A stretch of DNA of 59,392 bases, from positions 1-59,392 of the IMG/VR virus record IMGVR_UViG_3300045988_149079, one strand, 5' to 3'. The stretch is from a virus. A model generated the notes under the pieces. It worked only from the letters and a program-made list of their open reading frames with translations, ran no database searches and was not told the origin of the DNA. A program made the translations under genes and the position numbers. Shown here in pieces: positions 18,435-26,735 of this stretch. Numbering within the stretch: the first letter of the stretch is position 1; each line of letters begins with the position of its first letter.

Positions 18435-19498
18435 TGAATGAAATACCTACATATGAACAAATCTTACAGAGATGTCTAGATAGAGTTCCTAATAGTATTG
18501 ATAAGAGACAAGGTTCTATTATATATGATGCCATCGCACCATGTTGTGTTGAATTGGCACAAATGTATATAGAATTGGCTGGTGTATATGACCAAGTATT
18601 TATTGATTCAGCAGTTGGTGATGCTTTGGATGCCTTAGTTAAACAAAATGGAGTAACCAGAAAAGAAGCTACTAAAGCAATTCGTAAAGGTGAATTCAAT
18701 ATGGTAGTACCTGTTGGCAGTAGATTTAGTGATGGAACTAATTCTTATATAGTTATTTCTAATATAGAAGGAACTAACAATTCTAGATTACAATGTGAAC
18801 AAGCTGGTACAGCTGGTAATAGTTATTATGGCTCACTAACACCAATTAGTTTTATTACTGGACTAACTAAAGCAGAATTAACGGATATCATTGATTTAGG
18901 TGATGATACAGAAACAGATGATGCTTTAAGAGAAAGATATATGGAAGTTGTCACAGCACCTCAATTTGGTGGTAATGTTTCAGATTATCAAAACAAAGTA
19001 AAAGCTCTTACAGGTGTTGGTGGATGTAAAGTTGTTCCTATATGGAATGGTGGTGGAACAGTTAAGTTAATTATTACTAATAGTCAATATGGGGTTCCAG
19101 ATGGAACATTAGTAAGTGAAGTTCAACAAGCAGTTGACCCAACTCAAGACCAAACAGGAATGGGTATAGCTCCAATAGGTCATATAGTTACTGTTGTTGG
19201 TGTTGAAGCATTAAATATTTCTATTTCTGGAACATTTACATTACAAGCAGGAACAAGTGCAGCAGATATTCAAGATAGTGTAAATGAAGTTGTTGATAAT
19301 TATTTCAATTCTTTAGCAAAAGAATGGGATAAAGAAGAAAATATTATAGTCAGAGTAAGTCAGATTGAAACAAGATTACTTGGTGTGGCAGGAGTATTAG
19401 ATATCACAAATACTAAAATAAATAATGGAACAGCTAATATTTCATTAGATAGTGACCAGATACCAGTAAGAAATGGAGATGTGGTAATCAATGTCTAA
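18434..19498 (+). CDS. Baseplate J-like protein (XkdT-like)
   Basis: Start ATG 18434 (SD 'gggagg', TAATG overlap). About 355 aa, with size and position matching the baseplate J family. Confidence 0.7.
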   Translation: MNEIPTYEQILQRCLDRVPNSIDKRQGSIIYDAIAPCCVELAQMYIELAGVYDQVFIDSAVGDALDALVKQNGVTRKEATKAIRKGEFNMVVPVGSRFSDGTNSYIVISNIEGTNNSRLQCEQAGTAGNSYYGSLTPISFITGLTKAELTDIIDLGDDTETDDALRERYMEVVTAPQFGGNVSDYQNKVKALTGVGGCKVVPIWNGGGTVKLIITNSQYGVPDGTLVSEVQQAVDPTQDQTGMGIAPIGHIVTVVGVEALNISISGTFTLQAGTSAADIQDSVNEVVDNYFNSLAKEWDKEENIIVRVSQIETRLLGVAGVLDITNTKINNGTANISLDSDQIPVRNGDVVINV

Positions 19499-20360
19499 TA
19501 TTCATAAATATTTACCTAAAGTATTACAACCCATTTTAGAGTTTCAGTTAATTAACCAAGATTTAGATATAGAGTTATCTTTATTAGATGGTTACATAAC
19601 TGATATAAATAAGGAAACAATAGTTCAAACAGCTTCTGACTATGGTATAAGTAAATGGGAAAATGCTCTTGGAATTATACCTGGAGATACAGATTCTTTA
19701 GAAGTTAGAAGATTTAGAGTTAATAATATTCTTACAAGTAAACTACCATATACTATTAGATGGTTAAGACAAAAACTTACAGAAATTACAGGTTCATCTA
19801 CTGGATGGACCTTGAATATGAATTATCAAGATTATACAGCAACGATTATTCTATCAGGTCTTGATACAGAATTGATGTTGGATGTAGAAAAACAATTTAG
19901 AAATGCTATACCAGCCAATATAGAGCTAGAAATTGGTGGTCCTGGAATATCAAGTTCAGAAATAAAAGTTGGTATTGCTATGATGTACGGAACTAAATAT
20001 AATTTACCTTATTTAGAGGATATCGAATATTTAACAGAGGAGAAAATGGAGCAAGGAACCATAGCTTCTGTAAATGGTCAGAATAGTAGAGCAAATGATA
20101 GAATTAGAACAATAGGTAATATTTCTATTTCAAACATAAAAAGGATAAAAATAGAAAATGATAATATGACTCAATATGCTATATTTCAATATTTATCTAA
20201 TAATGAATATATAGGCACCTCTAGATGGAAAAACATTGGTGAATATGTAGATATAAATCCAAAAACAAAGTATATCAGAATAATATTAACTAAAGGTTCG
20301 GGAACGGTAATAACCCCAGATATGTTAGGTACAGCAATTTTAATTATGGAAAGGAGTTGA
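19491..20360 (+). CDS. Baseplate/tail-fibre connector protein (XkdU-like N-terminus) with extra C-terminal domain
   Basis: Follows the baseplate J gene as xkdU does. The C-terminal ~120 aa form an additional beta-rich domain. Confidence 0.55.
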   Translation: MSNIHKYLPKVLQPILEFQLINQDLDIELSLLDGYITDINKETIVQTASDYGISKWENALGIIPGDTDSLEVRRFRVNNILTSKLPYTIRWLRQKLTEITGSSTGWTLNMNYQDYTATIILSGLDTELMLDVEKQFRNAIPANIELEIGGPGISSSEIKVGIAMMYGTKYNLPYLEDIEYLTEEKMEQGTIASVNGQNSRANDRIRTIGNISISNIKRIKIENDNMTQYAIFQYLSNNEYIGTSRWKNIGEYVDINPKTKYIRIILTKGSGTVITPDMLGTAILIMERS

Positions 20361-20364
20361 TTAT

Positions 20365-21168
20365 ATGTTTAATGGATTACAATTAACTAACAAAGGTTTA
20401 GAATTACTAACTAATTTGTTGAATGGTCATAACATTCAGTTTACTCATATTAAGATGGGTGATGGAAATGCTCCAGCTGATATTAGTACAATGACTGATT
20501 TAGTTAGCGTTAAACAAAGTTTACCAATAGCACGTAGTTCTATTATAGATTATAAAACTATGTTAATTGGTGCTAACCTATATGGTGAAACAGTAACTGC
20601 GGCATTCTATTGGAAGGAAGTTGGGTTATATGCCAAAGATTTAGATGGCGATAATACAGAATACTTATTTAGTTATGATAATGCTGGGGATGAAGCAAGC
20701 TATATACCAGCAGGAGGAGCTGTTTCAGAGCAGTTAATAGATTTAAACGTTATAGTAGGGAATGTAAATAATGTAACAATTACTATTGATAAATCATTAG
20801 TATATGCCACACAAGATGATATGGAACAAGCTATCACCAATGTAACTAATACCTTAACTACTAAAATAAATACAGATGTTGGTGCAGTTAATACAGCTTT
20901 AACAAATCATATCAATAATAAATCTAATCCGCACGAGGTTACAAAAGCACAGATTGGATTAGGAAGCGTGGTTAATTATGGTATTGCTAGCCAGCAAGAA
21001 GCACAAAATGGTTCAGTAGATAATAAATACATGACCCCATTAAAAACAAAACAAGCTGTAGAGGCTTATGGTGTTATTAGTGATGGTAATACTATTATTA
21101 AAGTTGGTGGAACACAACCAGCAGTTCAGACAGGAAAAACAATTATTTGGATTGATACTTCAAGTTAG
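20365..21168 (+). CDS. Tail fibre protein (tail-collar fibre N-terminal domain)
   Basis: 'MFNGLQLTNKGLELL...FTHIKMGDG' matches the tail-collar fibre N-terminal pattern. 'NPHEVTKAQIGLGSVVNY' is a fibre motif. Confidence 0.7.
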   Translation: MFNGLQLTNKGLELLTNLLNGHNIQFTHIKMGDGNAPADISTMTDLVSVKQSLPIARSSIIDYKTMLIGANLYGETVTAAFYWKEVGLYAKDLDGDNTEYLFSYDNAGDEASYIPAGGAVSEQLIDLNVIVGNVNNVTITIDKSLVYATQDDMEQAITNVTNTLTTKINTDVGAVNTALTNHINNKSNPHEVTKAQIGLGSVVNYGIASQQEAQNGSVDNKYMTPLKTKQAVEAYGVISDGNTIIKVGGTQPAVQTGKTIIWIDTSS

Positions 21169-21180
21169 GAGGTGGTGTAG

Positions 21181-22266
21181 TTGGCAACATTTAAAAGTAA
21201 TAGTTTTGAAGGAAGACAATTACGTCTAGAGGTATGGCAAGATGGTGGATATTTAAAATGGACATTATATTCTGAAGGTGGTATTGATAAATATTATAAC
21301 ATCTATAACTTATCCATAAGTATTGCTGGAACCAATGTTTATTCTCCTGGTACAGTTGATTGGTCTACTCAAAAATTCCCAGCGGCAAAAGGTAGCACAG
21401 GTGGAGAGGTATGGGTAGGACATAGTGCTAGTTATAGGGAATTTTATGTATCGTTTATAGGTGCCGTTTATTATAATAGAAGTACTCAAAACGGTGGTAA
21501 CGTTGGCGTGGGTGCCACAATATCCAAACCTAGCTTAAGTGGATTAAGCGTAAGCAATATTTCAGATAAATCAGCATATCTATCTTTCAATATTAACAGC
21601 GCCAATAATGGTACTGTATCGGATAGTTACATAGATGTAAGTTTGAGTAATTTTGGGTCAGTGGTTAAATCAATAAGTTCTAGGGCAGGTACTATTAGCG
21701 GATTAGACCCAAACAGAACATATTATGCCAGAGGTAATGCTGCCAACCAAGCTGGAAGAAGTTACACTGCTGTTAAAAGTTTTAAGACATCCTTTATCAA
21801 TCCAGGGGCACCTGGTAAACCAAGTTTAACTTATGACCAACCAGAACCTATACCAAGAGCAAAGTTAACGGCAAGCTGGGGTGCAGCATCAAATGGTTCT
21901 ACTGCAATAGCTGGTTATAGGGTTAGGCTATATAAGAATGGTACTGAAGTGGTAGAGGTAGATACAGAAAGTAGTATAACATCTTACATATTCCCTAAAA
22001 CATTAGAAGAATATGGTTTTGAACCTGGAGATATTGTTAAAGTTGGTATATATAGTTATTGTAAAGACTGGCAAGGAACCAAGTTCTTTAATGGTGGTGG
22101 TGCAAGTACCGCCATAGTTTATAGTAATGATTTAACTATAGTTTCTGATAAGTATATATGGGTAAGTTTAAATGGTCAATCATTTAATAAACATAAAATG
22201 TATGTAAGTATAAATGGAGGTAGTTTCCAAGAAGTAAGGAAGGAAAAATTCAAGGTTATTAAATAA
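21181..22266 (+). CDS. Fibronectin type III-like repeat tail/fibre-associated protein
   Basis: TTG start with SD 'ggaggtgg'. Segments such as 'PGAPGKPSLT...LTASWGAASNGSTAIAGYRVRLYKNG' are FN3-like. Confidence 0.55.
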   Translation: MATFKSNSFEGRQLRLEVWQDGGYLKWTLYSEGGIDKYYNIYNLSISIAGTNVYSPGTVDWSTQKFPAAKGSTGGEVWVGHSASYREFYVSFIGAVYYNRSTQNGGNVGVGATISKPSLSGLSVSNISDKSAYLSFNINSANNGTVSDSYIDVSLSNFGSVVKSISSRAGTISGLDPNRTYYARGNAANQAGRSYTAVKSFKTSFINPGAPGKPSLTYDQPEPIPRAKLTASWGAASNGSTAIAGYRVRLYKNGTEVVEVDTESSITSYIFPKTLEEYGFEPGDIVKVGIYSYCKDWQGTKFFNGGGASTAIVYSNDLTIVSDKYIWVSLNGQSFNKHKMYVSINGGSFQEVRKEKFKVIK

Positions 22267-22277
22267 GGAGGATAAAA

Positions 22278-22892
22278 ATGGAGTGGTTTACAGCATTCTT
22301 AATGGGTATAACAGCTATTATATCAGCTCTTGGTACTTTAGTAGTTACTGCCTATAAAACTAAAAAACAGATAGATGAAACAATACCTAGAAAAGTAAAG
22401 AAACAGTCCGGACTAGATATGGAAATTGTAGATAAGATGGAAGATTTAAAGGAATTACTTGGTGCTGATAGAGTTCAAATATATGATTTCAGTAATGGAG
22501 GTCACTGGGCGAATGGAAGGTCAGCATTAAAAACTAGTTGTACATACGAAGTAGTTAGAACAGGAGTTTATGGATGTCAAAGTAAATTACAAATGATTCC
22601 AATAAGTTGTATTCCTAGATTTATTCACGCACTTCTTGATAAAGAAACATTAGAAGTTACTAATTTAGAAGACATAAAAGATTCAATGCCTAGTACTTAT
22701 AATCTAAAACATTCACAAGGAATTAAATCATTTTACGATATAGTACTTAATAATAAGGAAGGCGAGCCAATAGGATTTCTAGGTATACAATATGTTCATA
22801 ATTGCCATAAAACATATAATAATAATGATAAGACTGAGGTCCTTAGACTAAAGTTCTTTATCGAAGAAAGATTAGAGAAAATGATAAAATAA
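22278..22892 (+). CDS. Membrane-anchored protein of unknown function (N-terminal TM helix plus globular domain)
   Basis: TM 'FTAFLMGITAIISALGTLVVTAY', then a ~170-aa soluble domain. Lies between the fibre genes and the holin. Confidence 0.55.
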   Translation: MEWFTAFLMGITAIISALGTLVVTAYKTKKQIDETIPRKVKKQSGLDMEIVDKMEDLKELLGADRVQIYDFSNGGHWANGRSALKTSCTYEVVRTGVYGCQSKLQMIPISCIPRFIHALLDKETLEVTNLEDIKDSMPSTYNLKHSQGIKSFYDIVLNNKEGEPIGFLGIQYVHNCHKTYNNNDKTEVLRLKFFIEERLEKMIK

Positions 22893-22907
22893 GAAAGGAG
22901 AATTGCT

Positions 22908-23153
22908 ATGACAATGGAAGTTATTTTCATGGGAGTTACTGCAATAGTTACAGCTATTTTAGGAATGTTCTTCAAAGATAGTGTAATTCCTTCAAGATTT
23001 ATTCCAATTCAAAACCTAGTAATTGGAATAATTTCAGCAGTATTAGCGGTAGTATTTGGTCTATTTGATAATATTGCTTTAGCAATTGCAGTAAGTCTAT
23101 TTACAGCATTCGGCGTAGGCGGACTATACGATTTGGCAAAAACTAAAAAGTAG
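22908..23153 (+). CDS. Holin (putative)
   Basis: 81 aa with three hydrophobic helices and a basic C-terminus 'AKTKK', just upstream of the endolysin. Confidence 0.65.
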   Translation: MTMEVIFMGVTAIVTAILGMFFKDSVIPSRFIPIQNLVIGIISAVLAVVFGLFDNIALAIAVSLFTAFGVGGLYDLAKTKK

Positions 23154-23168
23154 GAAGGAGGTATTATA

Positions 23169-23297
23169 ATGCCCGAAGAATTTAATGATATTGAATTAAA
23201 AGAACAGTCAGAAGAAGAAATGGGACCAGAACATGAAGAAGGTTTTGGTATTCCTGGCGAGGATGTAGAATTAGAAGAATTGGAGGATGAAGAATAA
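23169..23297 (+). CDS. 42-aa hyperacidic protein
   Basis: Not in the ORF track (under 60 aa). SD 'ggaaggagg', peptide MPEEFNDIELKEQSEEEMGPEHEEGFGIPGEDVELEELEDEE. Its stop overlaps the endolysin ATG (TAATG). Confidence 0.5.
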   Translation: MPEEFNDIELKEQSEEEMGPEHEEGFGIPGEDVELEELEDEE

Positions 23298-24403
23298 TGA
23301 AGGTATTTGGTATTGATATTAGTACTTGGCAAAAAGGTTATCCTTATGATGCAGCTAATTCCGAAGGAGTTAAGTTTGCTATATTAAGAGCCGGCTATAG
23401 TCAAACAAAAGATAATCAATTCGAAACCCACTATGCTAATGCTAAGAGATTAGGATGGGGGGTTGGTGCTTATTGGTATATGTATGCAACTACTGTTGAT
23501 GCCGCTAAAGTCGAAGCTCGAGCTTTCTTGAAGGCAATTAAAGGTAAACAATTTGATTATCCTGTTTATCTAGATATCGAAGATAAGACAGTTAGAGCAA
23601 CTGGTAAAACTAATTGTAATAATATGATTAAGGCTTTTGGTGAAATAATTGAAGGTGCTGGATATTATTTTGGTGTTTATACTAACTTAGATTGGTATAG
23701 AAATGTTATTAGTGGTACTGAATTAAATAAGAAATATGATTGGTGGATTGCTTGTTGGTCAACTGGTGCTCCTACTGGAGTTAATTATGGTTTATGGCAA
23801 TTCGGTGGAGAAACTAATTATATTAGAGGCAATAAAGTAGCAGGAGTTGTTACAGATCAAAACTATGCTGTTAAAGATTATCCTTCGCTTATTAAAGGAT
23901 TAGGTCTTAATGGTTATGGTAATGGAGAAATTATAGATAAGCCTGATAAAACTATAGATGAATTAGCTAATGAGGTTATTCAAGGTTTATGGGGAAATGG
24001 TCAAGATAGAAAAGATAGATTAACTAATGCCGGATATGATTATAGTGCAGTTCAAAAAAGAGTTAATGAAATTCTAGGATCTAATAGTAAACCAACCACT
24101 CCAACTAAATCTAATGAAGAAATAGCTAATGAAGTTATTGCTGGTAAATGGGGAAACGGAAAAGATAGAAAAAATAAATTAACACAAGCTGGATATGATT
24201 ATGATGCTATTCAGAAAATTGTTAATCAAAAATTAGGATCATCTTCTGGTTCAAATGCAGTGTATCATAAAATTCAATATGGAGACACATTATATGATAT
24301 AGCAATAAAATATGGAACCACTATTGGAGCAATTCAAAAATTAAATCCGAAAATAAAAAATGCCAATAAAATATATGCTGGCGATACAATTAGAGTAAAA
24401 TAA
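23297..24403 (+). CDS. Endolysin: GH25 muramidase + 2x CW_7 repeats + LysM
   Basis: N-terminus 'FGIDISTWQ...FAILRAGY' is GH25-like. Two 'ELANEVI.G.WGNG.DRK..L...GYDY..VQ..VN' repeats are Cpl-7-type. C-terminal LysM 'YGDTLYDIAIKYG'. Confidence 0.85.
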   Translation: MKVFGIDISTWQKGYPYDAANSEGVKFAILRAGYSQTKDNQFETHYANAKRLGWGVGAYWYMYATTVDAAKVEARAFLKAIKGKQFDYPVYLDIEDKTVRATGKTNCNNMIKAFGEIIEGAGYYFGVYTNLDWYRNVISGTELNKKYDWWIACWSTGAPTGVNYGLWQFGGETNYIRGNKVAGVVTDQNYAVKDYPSLIKGLGLNGYGNGEIIDKPDKTIDELANEVIQGLWGNGQDRKDRLTNAGYDYSAVQKRVNEILGSNSKPTTPTKSNEEIANEVIAGKWGNGKDRKNKLTQAGYDYDAIQKIVNQKLGSSSGSNAVYHKIQYGDTLYDIAIKYGTTIGAIQKLNPKIKNANKIYAGDTIRVK

Positions 24404-24413
24404 ATTCAAAAAT

Positions 24414-24436
24414 GGGCCTTATAGGCTCGTTTTTTA
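24414..24436 (+). terminator. Rho-independent terminator ending the late operon
   Basis: 'gggcct' / 'aggctc' stem (one G.U), loop 'tat', followed by 'gttttttatt'. Confidence 0.65.
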
Positions 24437-24448
24437 TTGACATAATTT

Positions 24449-24508
24449 AAAACTTTTTTGAGAAATTTTCAGTTTATGGTTGATTTTTTCCATAAAGTAG
24501 TATATAAT
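24449..24508 (+). promoter_or_regulatory. Early promoter-operator module, copy 1
   Basis: TTGATT (24480-85), N17, TATAAT (24503-08). Inverted repeat 'tttatgg' (24473-79) and 'ccataaa' (24490-96) brackets the -35. Near-identical to the copies at 52980 and 55888. Confidence 0.7.
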
Positions 24509-24542
24509 ATATAATGTAATAAGAGAAGGAGGAATGAGAAAA

Positions 24543-24701
24543 ATGTTTAATTGCTATGTTATTTTAATTGATGAAGCTCAAAACTTCAAGACATTAAAAG
24601 CGATAGATGATTTAGTAGATCTAAATAAAAAACAGTTAACTGCCATTCAATATCAAACATTACAAAGTATGTTAAATGAAAAAATATTAAAATTAAATTA
24701 A
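24543..24701 (+). CDS. Hypothetical early protein (52 aa)
   Basis: Not in the track. SD 'gaaggagg', peptide MFNCYVILIDEAQNF.... Confidence 0.45.
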   Translation: MFNCYVILIDEAQNFKTLKAIDDLVDLNKKQLTAIQYQTLQSMLNEKILKLN

Positions 24702-24724
24702 GAAAGGAAAGAAGGTTTTACAAA

Positions 24725-24907
24725 ATGAAAAAATTAAGTAAAGAAGAAAAAAGAATAATGAAGGATGATATAGAAGGACTAAAATATTTAGTTGATCTAT
24801 ATACTAAAGAAGGTAAGTTAGCAAAAGCTGCTGCTTGCGAAAAAGAGATGGAAGAAATTAAAGCTAAGTTGAAAGGGGCTAACAAAAATGGAATTCAAGA
24901 AATATAA
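24725..24907 (+). CDS. Hypothetical early protein
   Basis: 60-aa Lys/Glu-rich ORF with a purine-rich SD 'gaaagaagg'. Confidence 0.45.
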   Translation: MKKLSKEEKRIMKDDIEGLKYLVDLYTKEGKLAKAAACEKEMEEIKAKLKGANKNGIQEI

Positions 24908-25328
24908 TAAAAACCCTAAACAATGGAAGCACGAAGGAGATTGTGTTGTTAGAGCTATAAGCACAGCAATGAATCAAACCTGGGATGAAACTTATATGGA
25001 ATTATGCTACTTAGGCAGAAAGAAATGTATGATGCCTAATAGCAAAAAATTATATGAAGCTTATTTAAAACAAATGGGCTGGGAAAAACATAAAATGCCT
25101 AGACATTTAGATAGATCAAGATATACAGTTGCAGAAATAATAGATGAAAATAAAAACAAAACAATGATAATAAGTATGGCTAATCATTTAACTTGTGCAG
25201 TAGATGGTACTTTAATAGATACCTGGGATTGCAGAAATAAATCAGTTGGTAATTACTGGACTAATTCAGATTATGATAAAGTAATTTCATTAGAAGAAAT
25301 GAATGAAGTGGTAAGGAGGATATTATAA
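24888..25328 (+). CDS. Hypothetical protein (possible Cys-His peptidase-like fold)
   Basis: 'GDCVVRAIS' and a later 'NHLTCAVDG..IDTWD' are arranged like a papain-like Cys/His/Asp triad. This is motif-level only. Confidence 0.45.
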   Translation: MEFKKYNKNPKQWKHEGDCVVRAISTAMNQTWDETYMELCYLGRKKCMMPNSKKLYEAYLKQMGWEKHKMPRHLDRSRYTVAEIIDENKNKTMIISMANHLTCAVDGTLIDTWDCRNKSVGNYWTNSDYDKVISLEEMNEVVRRIL

Positions 25329-25663
25329 TGACAGAACAAATATTGAGAAGGTATGGAAAAATAATTAACCGAATGGATTGGAAGCAAGGAGAATTATTTG
25401 TAACTAATAAATTATATTTCTACGATCATAAATATTACTTAGTTCAAATGCAAAGCGGTATAGTAATCTTTGTTAGAGAAGTTGAATTTACCGATTACAC
25501 TAAAATTGGAGATGATATGGTTAGTAAAATATGTTGTATATGTGGGGAAGAGTTTGTGGGGTTTGGAAATAATCCAGATCCTGTATGCAAAGAAGGAAGA
25601 TGCTGCGACGAATGTAATTCGACAGTAGTTGTTCCTACAAGGTTAAAGGAATGGATAAAATGA
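25328..25663 (+). CDS. Hypothetical protein with C-terminal Cys-rich (zinc-ribbon-like) segment
   Basis: SD 'aaggagg'. Contains 'CCICGEEF...CKEGRCCDECN'. Confidence 0.55.
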   Translation: MTEQILRRYGKIINRMDWKQGELFVTNKLYFYDHKYYLVQMQSGIVIFVREVEFTDYTKIGDDMVSKICCICGEEFVGFGNNPDPVCKEGRCCDECNSTVVVPTRLKEWIK

Positions 25664-25884
25664 GAATTACTAGTGAGATAAAATTAGAATTAACCAGATA
25701 TATAGATAAGGACTACGAATGTAATCATTCGGTCCTTACTATACTTATTGGTAATCATATGATCCAGAAAACGGGAATAGAAGCAGAAGCTTTATTCGAT
25801 ATGGTTAAAGATATAGTTGATACTGGAGAAGAAATTGTTTTTGAGGAGGATGAAGATGGAAGTAATAATGAGACATCCAACTGA
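25651..25884 (+). CDS. Hypothetical protein
   Basis: 77-aa ORF with an acidic C-terminus. Confidence 0.45.
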   Translation: MDKMRITSEIKLELTRYIDKDYECNHSVLTILIGNHMIQKTGIEAEALFDMVKDIVDTGEEIVFEEDEDGSNNETSN

Positions 25885-26125
25885 TAATATGAAGGATGTA
25901 GTTAAGAACTATAGAGGATGTGGTCATAAAGAATACTATGGTATGATACATTGGAGAGATGGATTACAATATTGCAGAAAATGTATCTATAATATATGGC
26001 AACAAGATTCTAATTATACTGGTTGGAAACCTGGCAAAGAAGATTATATATTCCCTTATTATCAAGATGGAATAGATTATACTAAAGAATGCAAGGAGGT
26101 GAAGAAAGATGAGTATAATTTTTGA
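25856..26125 (+). CDS. Hypothetical protein
   Basis: Start moved to ATG 25856 (SD 'gaggagg' 6 nt upstream). Contains a Cys/His-containing segment 'CGHKEYYG...CRKC'. Confidence 0.45.
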   Translation: MEVIMRHPTDNMKDVVKNYRGCGHKEYYGMIHWRDGLQYCRKCIYNIWQQDSNYTGWKPGKEDYIFPYYQDGIDYTKECKEVKKDEYNF

Positions 26126-26396
26126 TCCATTAAAGAAAGTAAAATTAAAAGATAATATAGAGCATCAAGGTATTGGAGGTCATATTATTATTTTAGAAAG
26201 AAAACTTCATGTAGAAGATGCTCCTGCTAATATAGCTTTAATGAACTTTTTTGAAAGAAGAGTAAAAGAAAATAAAACTATTCCTGATATAGTATATTAT
26301 GGACATGTTAATCACTTAGGTTATTTTGTATCTGAAGATGAATTTGATGGAGAATTAGAAGATATTATTGAAGATGATTTCAAGGAGATTTGGTAA
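26109..26396 (+). CDS. Hypothetical protein
   Basis: 95-aa ORF with SD 'aaggagg'. Confidence 0.5.
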   Translation: MSIIFDPLKKVKLKDNIEHQGIGGHIIILERKLHVEDAPANIALMNFFERRVKENKTIPDIVYYGHVNHLGYFVSEDEFDGELEDIIEDDFKEIW

Positions 26397-26701
26397 TGAG
26401 CAATCTTAGACCTCTATTTTCTCTAAATTCTAAAGATAAAGAACCTGAGATGATAAATAATATTGAAGAACCTAAAACATTAGCCATAGAAGCGGAAAGT
26501 AGCCAATGTGGTTGGATTAGTAGATACGTACCATCAGAGCATACAGATAGATTTCAACTAATTTCACCAGAAGGCACAAAATATGCCTGTAAATTCTATA
26601 ATAAAGATACTGATGATTTTGTTGGAGCTTCCTTAATGGCTATGTATATGCTTAGAGATCATTTTGATAGAAGCATAATACCCGTTGATGAAAACTTATA
26701 G
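26396..26701 (+). CDS. Hypothetical protein
   Basis: ATG 26396 overlaps the upstream stop (TAATG). Confidence 0.45.
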   Translation: MSNLRPLFSLNSKDKEPEMINNIEEPKTLAIEAESSQCGWISRYVPSEHTDRFQLISPEGTKYACKFYNKDTDDFVGASLMAMYMLRDHFDRSIIPVDENL

Positions 26702-26702
26702 A

Positions 26703-26711
26703 TCGTATAAT
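26703..26711 (+). promoter_or_regulatory. Conserved TCGTATAAT promoter-like element (before SNF2 helicase gene)
   Basis: Exact 9-mer, 24 nt upstream of ATG 26736. Confidence 0.5.
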
Positions 26712-26735
26712 AAATATGGAAAGGAATGATTAAAT

